Below, piece after piece: positions 51,272 to 62,811 of a DNA stretch of 64,000 bases. Source of the DNA: Gnetum montanum (lineage: Eukaryota; Plantae; Gnetophyta); the NCBI GenBank assembly GCA_015680685.1, contig MNCI01000394.1:157547-221546 (forward strand). Reading direction: 5' to 3'. A model generated the notes under the pieces. That model searched no databases. It had not been told where the DNA came from and was given only the letters and a program-made list of their open reading frames with translations. Position 1 is the stretch's first letter. The number at the start of each line of letters is the position of its first letter. The translations under genes and the position numbers were made by a program.

Positions 51272-51550
51272 AAAAAATGACTAACTTTGAAAATTGTAGA
51301 AAAATGATTAAGTTTTCCAATAGTAGAAAAATGGCTAAGTATAAAAATGTAGAAAAATGGCTAAGTATGGAAATCACAAAAAATTGACTAAGTGTAAAAC
51401 TGTAGAAAATTGGCTAAGTATGAAACTACGAAATTTTGGCTGAGTATGAAAATGTAGAAAAAATGTTAAGTATGAAAATGTAGAAAAAATGCTAAGTATG
51501 AAAATGTAGAAAAAATGCTAACTATGAAAGTTGCTGAAAATGGCTAACTT
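51272..51550. repeat. ~26-bp tandem array (aaaaatggctaagtatgaaaatgtag, about 10 copies) in the 5' UTR of B
   Basis: Direct reading. Confidence 0.9.
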
Positions 51551-52616
51551 TGGTGCTACGCTGGAGCCAGCTACGCTCTCTATGTTGAGAGTCAGCTACA
51601 TTCTCCCGAGTGCCCAAAATTTTGGTTAAGTGCCAAAGATATGCTTTGGCTTTTATTCCAGCGGGGTTTTAGGGGAACTCATGATGGGGTCCAATCTACA
51701 CTAACTAGTGGTGGAGAGAGCACGTGGGACAATAATCAGAAAATGTGAAAGGAAATGGTGAGGCCCTCCTTCTAGTGCCAAAAACTATAACAACCAAAAA
51801 TGTCTGCGGCTGGAACACTGAGGGGTTTGTAGGCACACAAGCTAATCCCACGACCAAGTGAGGGCCTTGGTGGAGGTAGAGAAAGGGTGCCCTAAATGAT
51901 CTTGTTGATCGAATAGGGACTTTGCTAATTGTAATTGAGATGGTGGGTGCAACCAGGGGTGGCGTGGTTAGCCAAAAATGAAAATGCAAACAATGCGAAA
52001 CGGTGCTATGTGTCAAAGTGGTGTTTCATGGTGCTAAGTGTAAAGCATAGCCATAGAATGAAGGTGAGTGTAGCCTAGGGTTTTAGCTAAAATGAGGGTG
52101 TCAACCTATGGAGACTACCACCTGAGCGTAGTACAACATGATGATGCTTGAAAAAAATGTGAAAAGATTCAAGAAAAATGCAAGAAAATGCTAGAAACAG
52201 AAGAGAGAAATGGAACACCACCCCAAATGGAAGCATAGTTAGCTCCAAAATGGTCTTAAAAGGTACACCGTGTACAACAGGCATAGTAGAAGTGTAGTCA
52301 CAGTCTTAGTGGTGTCAAGCTATGAAGTCTAGTGCTTGCCATGATGAATTGTGCCTGTTGGGTTGGCCATCGTGGTGTATCGTGCGATGTTCTGCAAGGT
52401 TGCAATGGGTTTGCAATGTACAGTGTAATGTAGGGCTACAATGGGGTCATGGTGTACTGTGCAATGTAGCTATGGCTCTTTGCTAGTGTTGTGTGCTCTG
52501 GGTCTCATTTGCTCATGGAGCTAAGTGCCAAAATACCAAAATGCCAAATGCCAAATGAAAGTGCCAACTACCAACCCCTAAAATGTTGGGGGTCCAAGGG
52601 TATTTATAGGGCTAGG

Positions 52617-53426
52617 TGATGAGCAACAAGGTATCCCTATGCTCAACCATATGAATACGAGCGTCCACGCAAGATTCGGTCGAATTCCAAGGACTAAGTG
52701 CTTATGTGCCTTTGTGGAACAAGGATGGGTTAATCAATCATTGTCTTCCCAAGCTTACTTGTATGGCATGATTGTATGGTTAAGTAAACTTGAGGTACAT
52801 GATTTTTATAGTTTTTATGTTTTTATGTCCTAGTGCTACAAAGGAAGGAGAGAGATAAGTAAGTAACTAATTTTGATTTAACTACTCAATTATGCTTTAA
52901 CTAGTCCTAACACTAGCATCTGTTCTCACTTACTATACACATCCTGAACCAGTGTAACACTACTAGGATTACCAAACACTACTCGTTACTGGGCTACCAA
53001 GTGTTACACGCATGCTCGAAGTGATTGTACTGAGTGTGCTTACTTAGAAGAGTTGTAGGGTGAGAGAGAGAACATTAATTAACTAAGGGAAAGCATTAAG
53101 TAACAATAATTAACATTAATTAATCTATTTTGAATTCTGTAAGGTTTATCACAAAGTTCATCTTTATTGTTGTGCATAAGGTGTGCTCAAGTACACAATA
53201 CTCGAAGAAAGATCCGTTCAGTTTATGACTCCTACTGTGGGTGCTCAGAAATAATTCTATCTCTAGAAAGAAAAAAAGGCAAGAGTTTGGGTAAGGGACT
53301 AATAATAACTATGCAAACCAAGTGCGCTTGCCTCTTATTTATAGGTAATGAGGTAGGTCGCGATATCGCATGGAAGGCTCCGATATCATGTACGCAATAT
53401 CGCGGATGCGATATCACAACTCATCA
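52617..53426 (-). mobile_element. Solo LTR C (810 bp) inserted in the LTR of B
   Basis: TGATGAG..CTCATCA termini; perfect TSD ctagg/ctagg; absent from the other B LTR (about 45108). Confidence 0.93.
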
Positions 53427-54151
53427 CTAGGGTTAGCCCAAAATGCAGATCAGGTGCCATGTGGCAGTGCAGTAGGTGGGACTATGAGAAAAATTCAAAT
53501 TGTTTTTTAAGTTTGGAGGTGACCAGAAAAAGTTCAAGAATTTTTCTAACTTTGGTTGCTATGCTTGCTACACTCTAGGATGTAGTCCCAATAGTTAGAA
53601 ACTTTTTTGCAAAATTGGTGTTCCTTATGGGCTACACTAGCTATGCTTTAGAACGTAGCAGGGGCAATGGGAGCATAGCACAACACTTAGAAAATTTTTT
53701 GCAGCTTGTTTCATCATTCTAACACTTAGAAAAATCTTACAAAACTGGCTCTTGGTGTGTTGACTATGCTAGCTACATTCTAGAGCGTAGCAGGGGCAAT
53801 GGGAGTGTAGCACAACACTTAGAAAAATTTCTATAGCTTGTGTCATCATTCTGACACTTAACCAAAATTGCAAAAATTTGGCTGTTAAAGCTAACTATGC
53901 TATACTACAATGGAGACCATCGTCCTAGTTCTTAGAAAAATTTGCAGAAAGTGAAATCGTTTTAACATTTAGAAAAATTTTGGAAATCTGGTAGTTAGAG
54001 TTGACTACATTCTCCACTGGGGTGACTATGCTCTAGTGTAGTGGAGAGCATAGTCCTAGCACTCAGAAAAATCTGCGGAAAGTGCCATCATTCCTACACT
54101 TAGCCAAATTTTTAGTTGAGAAGTAGTAGCCCAAATTTTTGTGGTGTTTCA

Positions 54152-55640
54152 CCATCCCCTTCCTAATGAATAAGTCAATGGTGAGTCCTTGTATCATACA
54201 GTGGCTCATGTTCTTGTAAGAATTTGATCTCATGATGGTAGATTAGAAAGGGACTAAGAATGTGGTCGCTAACCATATCTCTTGGTTAATAGAGGATAAT
54301 AAAGAGGAGGAGAGCCTACTTTCTAATCAATTTCTAGACAAACTCCTCTTTACAGGAGTAATAAATGACCAAGTGCCCATTGAAACAAAATGCTACGATG
54401 ACATCCTCACTTACCTTCTTACTTAAGAGATGGCACAAGGTTTGGAATTTAGAAAGAAGTAATAGTTTCTTCATCAGGCAAAGCACATCATGGAAATCAA
54501 TGGACATCTTTATAAGGTGTGCATTGATGGCCTAGTTCGTTAGTGTGTCCCTAATTTAGATTAACTACGCATTCTCTAAGATGCTTACGATGGCCCCTAC
54601 GGAGGCCACTATGCAGGGAGGTGCATGGCCATAAAAATATTAATGGCAAGATACTATTGGCCTATAATCTTCAGGGATGCCCACCACTTTGTCTGATCTT
54701 GTGAACATTGTTAAAGAGATGATGGGATGACCACTTGAATGGAGGGCCCTCAATAGTGGATTTAACCATGGAGTCCTTTGACATATGGAACATAGACTTC
54801 ATGGGTCCCATCACACCCATGTCTAATGAAAAAGCATATATCATCATAGCAATCAACTAGTGTACCAAATGGGCAGAAGCAGTAGCTATCACTGATTGTA
54901 CATCATCCACCACTACTAGATTTGTACAACAAAATGTTGTCAATAGGTTTGGGGTGACACATGTACTAATTTTTGACAATGAAACTCACTTTATAGGTGC
55001 CATCTTTCAAAAAATTATGCAATGCTTGGGGGTCAAACATAAATTAACAACACCCTATCACCCCCAAGCCAACGGTCAAGTAGAGGTGACTAATAAGGAG
55101 ATCACAAAGATCCTAATAAGGACCATAAGCAAATATAGGAGAGACTAGAGTGTAAAACTAAATGATGCCCTTTGGTCCTACTACTCAACATGGAAGCTCC
55201 CTATTAGCTACTCTCCCTATGAGCTAGTGTGTGAAAAAATTCCAATGCTCTTAATTTAATCCAAGCTTTATACACTCTCAACAACCTATGATTTGAATCT
55301 TGACCTAAGTCTAGCACAAAAAGAAATATTTATCAACCTCAACATGCTAAATGAAAACCAATTAGTGGCCTTATCTTTGAATGAGGTGCACAAGGCATTT
55401 AACAAGCAACATCATGATCTCAAAATACGGAAAGTGAAATTTCAATGGGAGATAAGGTTCTCTGTTGGAATCCCACACATGTACCCTAGAAGACAAAGTT
55501 TCAAATGTCAAGGGAGGGACCTTAAATAGTTGATCTAGCCTTTACCTTTGGGCCATGTTAATTTACAAACTTGAGAGCCCAAATAAAAGGTAGTTGGTCA
55601 ACATCCAATAAGTAAAGCTTTTTCATGAGCCCAAGCAAGC
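54152..55640 (+). pseudogene. RNase H C-terminus and integrase of element A (degenerate)
   Basis: IPFLMNK..WLMFL*EFDL..KGTKNVVANHISWL; GPYGGHYAG..YYWP; FDIWNIDFMGP; TKWAEAVA; RFGV..IFDNETHF; TPYHPQANGQVEVTNKEI. Confidence 0.9.
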
Positions 55641-57250
55641 TAGTGCAACAAATACCTTGATAGAGGGACAACCACATTCAATTTTTTTAGATCTCCTCCT
55701 TCCAACTTAGTCATGGAGGATATGGCCACCTATGCTAACCACACACATGCCTCCTTAGTTTTTCACCTTTTTATTTTATATTTTGTTGATTTTTATCCAT
55801 TTTCTCGATCTTAATTTTACAACATTGGTAGTATGTTTTATCTTTCTTGAATATTTTATACTTATTTTCTATATATTTGATTTTATTTTTGTATGTGACT
55901 TTTTACTATTTTTGCTAATAAAAGTGCTTTATTGCTGCAAGAAAAAGTGCCATTATTGTTGTTTGCTAATGATGGTTTATGCTGAATGTTGTGATTATCA
56001 TGTCTGGTTTCTATTTTTGAATTTTTGTACCAATGACTCAATCATGGTTTCTTTCTCATGAAACAGGTAGTGAGTCCACAACATGCACCCATCCAAAAAT
56101 TCTATGGTTTTTTTTTGTTTTGGAAGTTTAAGGTCCCTTTCATTAAATCAACTTTTAATAAATTTGTGACCTTGCTAGTTTCTAGAATTAGAAAGGATTC
56201 AAAGGTTTGAATAGAGTGTGACTTCAAGGGTATTCAATACTCTTCATACTCTTCTACTTACTTGGGTGCTTGAGTGTTTTTAATTGACTTCTTACTGTTC
56301 CATGTTCCACTAATAGGAAGTCAAATAAAGTCTTTGCATGGTGTGGTTCCCATCCAAAAAAAAAAAGAAAAAAAAGACAAAAATAAAATTAAAAAAAAAA
56401 ACATGATGGAAATTCAAAACACACTCCTTAGACAAAATAAATGGGCTACATGCACTAATTATGGAACTAGAAAGACATGTTACCCATGCCTGAAGGTCCC
56501 CTATAACTAAGGCCCTATTTGACTTCCTACTTCTATTTTCTTCTCTTTATGGAATGGTGGTTGTTTTGTAGGAGCACTCTTGTGTTTTAAGGGGATGGAT
56601 TGGTCTTAGAGTGACGATGTGAAGTTACTGAAAGAGGTTGGTTTTGGTTTAGGCTAAGGATGGATCTTCTTTGATCATTTCTAAACATGAACTTCACAAG
56701 TGACTTCTTATGACCTTAGTTTGGAATTCCATTTCACCTTCTGCATCATTCATCTATCTTGACCGTAACTCACCTTGTTGTTGGTGTCCATGTTCTTGAT
56801 TTTTTGTATTGGTCTAACGTACTTGAATTCTTGGATAGATTTTTTCTAGTTGGTGCTTAACATTTCATGACCATTAATCAATTGTGGGGTCCATAGACTC
56901 CTTAGTTGAGGTTATGCAAGGGCAAAAAGGGCATGTGCCTGCTATGGGGAGAACCCACTTGGATATCTCTTAGTTTGGATAGTTAAGTCCTTTACCTTAG
57001 ACATTGTTACAATCCTATCATTTGCATATTCCATTGTGTATCCTACTTAGTGCTCCTTAAACTTTTATTAAATTCATTCTCCAAACCATTTTCTTAATTT
57101 TCTATATTTTCCAAGCTTCACCACCCTCTTCTACTATTCTCATCATGTTCATGGATTTTTGGGCTTTCATTTGATCCCAATTTCACTTACAAACTCCTTG
57201 TATTTTGGAAGTTTGACCAAAGTCAATAAAATTCAGTGGTGATAAATAGC

Positions 57251-57328
57251 TGCATCGACTAGGCCTAGTCGATGTAGCCAACCTCGTCAACTAGGCCTAG
57301 TTGATGCATGTCAAAAATCCTATAAATA
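57251..57328 (+). promoter_or_regulatory. Putative internal promoter of element A: two palindromes plus TATA box
   Basis: catcgactaggcctagtcgatg (57253-74), tcaactaggcctagttga (57287-304), TATAAATA at 57321; same arrangement as the LTR U3. Confidence 0.65.
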
Positions 57329-57765
57329 CCATCAAGAACTTTGACATTTTTACCATTTGCTTCATAACACGAGGGGAGTTTTTTCCATTTTTTAGAGCCC
57401 ATAACTCTTCAACTATTTGTTCAAATTCCTCCATTCTTTGATCCTATAGCTACTAAAGGTAAGCTCTTAATTGTGGGGCCCACAAACCTTAAGGTTTTTG
57501 GTGAAAACTTTTGAAAATTTTTACAACTCCCCCAAAGGGTTAATGAATACAATGATATGAAACCATTAATTTTTTAGAGTTAACCCTTCCAACATCCTCT
57601 AGAATGAGTTATTAACATTAAAATACATATAAAATAATGATGAAAATTGATTAAATTAGCCATAATCACAACTTAGCCAAGTGTAACTATCCCAAGGAGA
57701 TAAGGTATCTCAAGTTTTTCATGTTACACAACAATTTCTAATTCATGGTAATGTTGTGATTATAG

Positions 57766-60603
57766 ATGGCATCAAAACCAAAATGACTATAAGAGGGAGG
57801 GTCATTGTAACCAAGGGAGAAATGACCTAGTACTAGAAGAAGGCTAGGATTAGCTAGAAGAAACCCATGCAATGGGACCTCTTCGAGAGGAGCCCGAAGT
57901 GGAATCTGTTCAAAAGATTCCCAAAGAAGAAGTTGCAATAGAACAATTGTAGTGTGGGGAAGCACTAGGACCCATACCAAGGCTTGAAGTTACACTAACA
58001 CAAGCCTACCTTGACACCATCAGGCCCCATGGTATCTAATGCTCAGCTCTTCAGGAACTGAACTTCAGGCCATTTCTAGAGCATGCTCCAATAGAAGTGA
58101 AAACACAATTACAAACCTCTTCCATGTGGTGAATCATCACTTCGAGTGGGGAGTGGTACATGGGAGAGACATACCTCTTCTAGAACAACAAAAGGGCATG
58201 CTCCATAGTGAAAATCAAGGAAATTTAGGTGTCCTACTCAGTTGAAGTTATAACAAAAGTTCTTGAGTTTCTTGATTCTAGGACATAATTGGCAAAGCTA
58301 TCTACACACGTTGACCCTAAGGCAAAAAAGAAGTGAACCTAGCAGTGTTGCAAGGTTGATTTTAAGGAATTCAGTGCACTCACATTGACGGAATGAGTAT
58401 ACTTCAAGATAGTGGTCTATCACCTCAATCTGACAGTGAGGTCTAGTAAGTTGATTACTTTTTCCACCCAAGCATGTGCCATGCTAAGTGGGAGATATCT
58501 AATGAACCTTTCATAATTGATTGATTTAGAGATTGAGAAGCTCTTCAAAGAAAATGAACATGGAAGAAAAATCCTACCTTTTTAATGCCTCATTAGGAAA
58601 ATTTGCAAAAGGGCAGGGCTCGTTTGCTATGTAAACAACATGATTAGGCATGCTCCTATAGCCTCGTGGTTTGAAATGATGAAGGACAAGACACCTGCCA
58701 TGTCCAAAGAGGGGGAGTATCAGCCACAACCTCCACCACCTACTCAAGAAAAAATGCTAGAGGCTTGCACAGCTATTGAGCACTTGTGCAAAATTCGAGA
58801 ACAACTCTTGCATGAGTAGGAGTAGCATGCAGGAATAAGTGGCAGAGACTCATTTGTATATTGACCTGTAATGAGTCACCTTAATGAGGAGGCTCAAAAA
58901 ATTAGGTAGATGGAAAGAGATGGACCAATATTCTCTGTCCAACAAATGTAGTTGCCTGCAAAATTGGATCCCAATGCCTGAGAGGTGACAGTGTCTCTAT
59001 CTTAACATCATTTATTCCCAAAAATCTCTAGGAATGTCACCTCTTTTTTAGTGAATTTGGAGAAAGGCGAGGGGACAATTGTATTGGTGATGTAGCACCA
59101 AGGGTAGAAGACTACTGTTAAAGTAGTTGCTGACCAAATCACTAAAGCACTTAACACACCTACGACATTTGTACTAGACATATCTACATTTTAAGATGTG
59201 TAGATGTTCACAGGCATGGTCAGTGGAAGATTGAGTGCAGCCTAGCACGAAGAGTTGTTGGATCAATTGGTGGGAATTGAGCAAAAAATTGTGGATATCT
59301 TTAATTTTCTAGACAATATTATTGCAACCTAGTCGAAGCTGCTGAAAGTAAAGGGCAAGTGCATCATCCTAGAAGAGCAACTTGAAATGGATCAAGCATG
59401 AAACCAATGCTTGACCATAGAAGTTGCTGAACTGCATGCTCATTTTATTGATCTTGCACTCCTCAGCCCAACAATAACTAGAGATAAATCTTTTCAATAG
59501 CTTCAAGAATGATTAAAATAAGCTGAGGAGGAAATGGTGATGACCATCTTCAACTAGTCCGTAGTAGAAGTAAAAACCTACTTAGTTTAGATGCATCAAG
59601 AAAATGAATCATTGATCGTAGAAAATCATCTCTTACATAATGTTAATGTACAAAGATAACAAATGTAGAAATTCATTCATCAATAGTAGGAGTAGCTATC
59701 TAGGGTAAACATGGAATTAAGAAAATTAGCCATGGAGAATCATAATCTGTCTATTGAGGAAGTTCATGCCTTATGCCAGAATTTTGCAATTGAGATTGTT
59801 ACCTAGAAAAATAAGGCTCTCAAATTTGAAAGAGCTAGGAATAACTATAGAGATTAGGTTGGCCTGTAGAAGGAAGTAAATGAGAAGTATATTTATATGG
59901 CTAAGGCAAAAGTAAATAAGGCTCCTTCAGCAACTCCAGCAAGAAAGAGAGGTATGGTAGCCCATCATTGATGGAATAGATACCTATAACAAAGTAGGGA
60001 TCCACCTAAAGGAGTTGTAAATTAAAAAAATAACAAAGTATATGGAATTGGCCAATCTCTACTATGAAAAGCTGAAGATGTTGACTGTTGGATGATCATG
60101 CTCAAAACTTAAAAAGTAGGTGGATAGCTCGTACTTATTGTACAAAGTAGAGTTCAAGCACTACAAATACACCAAAAAAAAAGCTTGAGATGGTAAATGT
60201 TGAACTCAAAGTTCTCAGGGCATGGTTCACAGATCAACGATCAACTATCGAGAACTTCGCCAAGAGAATGAATGATTACTAGGAGTTGAAAGATGTAGTC
60301 AAAGTGTTCGACATTATCTGCAAACAATTCACTACTTGGTTCATCAATGCTAAAGAGCTATTTTGAGTAATTCCCTATCCTTGGGATGTGCCCATTTCAT
60401 CCCACATTGGTGAAGCTAGGTGGACCGTGCATGATCCCAAGAGTAAGGCGGAGAAAATAAAAGCATTGCTGGATGCTTTTTGCCTCCCACAAGAAGTTGT
60501 AGTAGCAGTAGGACAACCACAACCACCTTAACTGCTGCATGTGCCTAAAGTTAGAAAAGGTCCTTCAGAGCCTTAAGAACCTCCACTACTTAGGACTATC
60601 TAA
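57766..60603 (+). pseudogene. Degenerate extra (ORF2/env-like) ORF of element A
   Basis: ATG at 57766 after a TAG acceptor; VSYSVEVITKVLEF aligns with PYSIEVITKALNI of D; coiled-coil-like E/K/L-rich C-terminus; many stops. Confidence 0.65.
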
Positions 60604-60840
60604 TCTTCTGCACTACCTTCATGCCATCAAAGGAAGTGTTGTCAAAACTTTTGTGAAGTCATGTCATGGTGTTCAATTTTGTGTCATGAACATCATAATT
60701 TTTTTAATGTGTTGATTTGTACACTCTAGCACTTAGTTTTACCAAGTCAGTTTGTTTTGTTAAGGATCAGTCAATGATCCCATACCTTCCCAATTTTGTA
60801 AAGGAACTCGATGATGAGTTTTCATTCAATCATGAGGGTA

Positions 60841-61700
60841 TGATGTATCATGGTTGGCTACATCGATGAGGCCCCATTGACACATCATTTCATGCATCAA
60901 CTAGGCCTCATCAACATAGGGTTTGTTCTTGTCTATAAATATGCACTTACTGGCCATATTTATGGAAATAGATGGATAGCAATAGCAGAGCTCTTACAGT
61001 TTTTCCATTTGAAAGTTAGAATATTTTCTTGAGTGCTTATAGTAGGAGTCATTTAGTATATAGATATTTATTTGAGCATTGTTGTACCTAAGCACGATAG
61101 TGTGTACGACAATAAAGATGAGCTTCTTGATAAACCTTGCAGGATTCTGGATAGTTTAGTTGTTTTATTCATGCATTAGTTATTTATTTAATTTTTTAGT
61201 AATTAAGCTAATTAAGCGAGATAAGCTAGATAGATTAAATACATAAGTTTGATGGTTTGAGCATAACATGTATTTGCTTGGTAATCTCAGCAACATTATT
61301 GCTTGGTATGCCTAGTAGCATAACACTTGGTAACCTAGTAGTGGATATGTGGGTTCAAAACATGTACGGAAAGTGTGACCGGATGCTTATGCTAGGATTA
61401 GTTAGAGATTGGTTAGTTAGTTAAATCGAATTAGCCATTAAATTACTTTCTCTCTCTCTTCAAGCTTCAAAGAACATAAAACATAAAATGATAAAAATCA
61501 TATGACTCGATTACACTTAACCATATCTTTGTACTTCAGAAGTGTAATTGGGAAAACAAAAAATGACCTTTAGGGCAAGTTTCACTTCCTAAAAGACTAG
61601 TGTACTAGAAACTATGGAGTTTATAGAATTTGATTGGATCACGTGCGAGCACTCTGTGATTTGTATGGTTGGGTATAGGGGTACCCTTCACAACTCATCA
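60841..61700 (+). repeat. 3' LTR of element A
   Basis: Colinear with 40474-41346; preceded by the PPT; ends CTCATCA. Confidence 0.9.
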
Positions 61701-61901
61701 ATATCTTTATTTTTTTCTTATACTTACCATTGTAGTATCTTTTGGGCGTTAGAAAAAATTTCAACTTAAATTTCCTGATGTTAATGCAATGTACCCCCCC
61801 TTTACCAATGACTAAGTTGAGTGCTCTAGGATCAATAGGGTTGAAGAATTTAGGAAATTAGAGTTACAGGGATGAAGTTATGGCCTTGGGAAGTTAGTGT
61901 G

Positions 61902-62811
61902 TGATGAGTGGCGAGGTACCCCTACACTCAACCATACAAATACGAGCGTTTCACTCATGGTCCAGTCGAACTTCGCAGACGGGCTAGTTGTGGTATCTAG
62001 ACAGTTACTCGTAGGTCACAGTTCGCTGTCTTTCCACCTGGACTAGTATTAACTTGTCATGGATGGTTTAGTCTAGAGTGAGGTGTATGATGTGTTCCTA
62101 TACTAACGCTACTCCTGGATATAATGGGAAATCATATTAACTAAGCTAAGAGAGAAAGAGGGTGAGAGAGAATCTAACTAGCCTAAGTGTGAGGAGCATC
62201 CGTTCCTTAATCATCCCTACACATCTTGGACCTCGTGCACAACTACCACTGGTATTACCAAGCGTAGATCCTAGGTACGCTACTGGGTTACCAAGTAGTC
62301 ACACTTAAATGCTTGTGATCAAGTTGTACTCATTCCACGTTTAATAGGAGTATAGGGTAAAGAGATGTTAACTACGAAAGAAATAAATAATAAAAAAAAT
62401 TAAATAATTAAACTAACTGAATGTTGCAATGATGAAGTAATCTCGATCTTTATTGCCGGTCATGTGCGTGTCCAACTACATCACACTTGAATAAGGATGC
62501 CGTACAATTACAATCACCACACTACGGGCATGCACTGGGAGGAAAGGGTTGAGAGGAATCTAAACTTAAAAACTTACAATAAAATCTAAAGACTAATGCC
62601 AAAACCAAGTGTGCCACCTTTTATTTATAGGCTCACACCGGAACCATGAGATCGCATACGCAATATCACATGCAGGCCACGATATTGCGTATGCGATATC
62701 GTAGCCCCGATAACTGGGCTTCGATAACTGGGCTTGATAGACCATGTATGTTGTATTAGGGCTCCAATAACTGGGCTTCGATAACTGGGCCTGACAGACC
62801 ATGACTCCTTA
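61902..62811 (-). mobile_element. Solo LTR E inserted in element D
   Basis: Starts TGATGAG; TSD gtgtg/gtgtg; similar to C; internal cgataactgggctt repeats near the U3 end. Confidence 0.8.

Larger units (their letters stand above)
44536..54151 (-). mobile_element. Element B: Tat/Ogre-like Ty3/gypsy, gag-protease only; LTRs about 44536-45874 and 52039-54151 (the latter contains C)
   Basis: ~1.3-kb direct repeats ending ggtgtttca; minus-strand gag remnant (about 49600-50400) and protease ORF; decayed PBS at about 52029-52038; purine tract (minus strand) at 45875-45887; inner LTR boundaries approximate. Confidence 0.8.
40474..61700 (+). mobile_element. Element A: Athila-like Ty3/gypsy with both LTRs; gag, protease, RNase H end, integrase and extra ORF present; RT absent; carries nested B and C
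   Basis: LTRs 40474-41346 and 60841-61700; TSD atatt/atatc; PBS tggcatcattgtagggga (decayed tRNA-Asp type); PPT catgagggta. Confidence 0.9.

Noticed and set aside
51272-51550. Regular short repeats as a CRISPR array
   Set aside because: Head-to-tail units without unique spacers, inside a eukaryotic LTR element.
54152-54175. ccatccccttcc as a second PPT next to the B LTR
   Set aside because: Better explained as A's pol frame (AI(R/P)FLMNK), which continues into the RNase H motif.
55783-56061. Hydrophobic 92-aa ORF as an env transmembrane protein
   Set aside because: Product of a T-rich non-coding tract after the integrase; non-ATG start and no protein-like composition.
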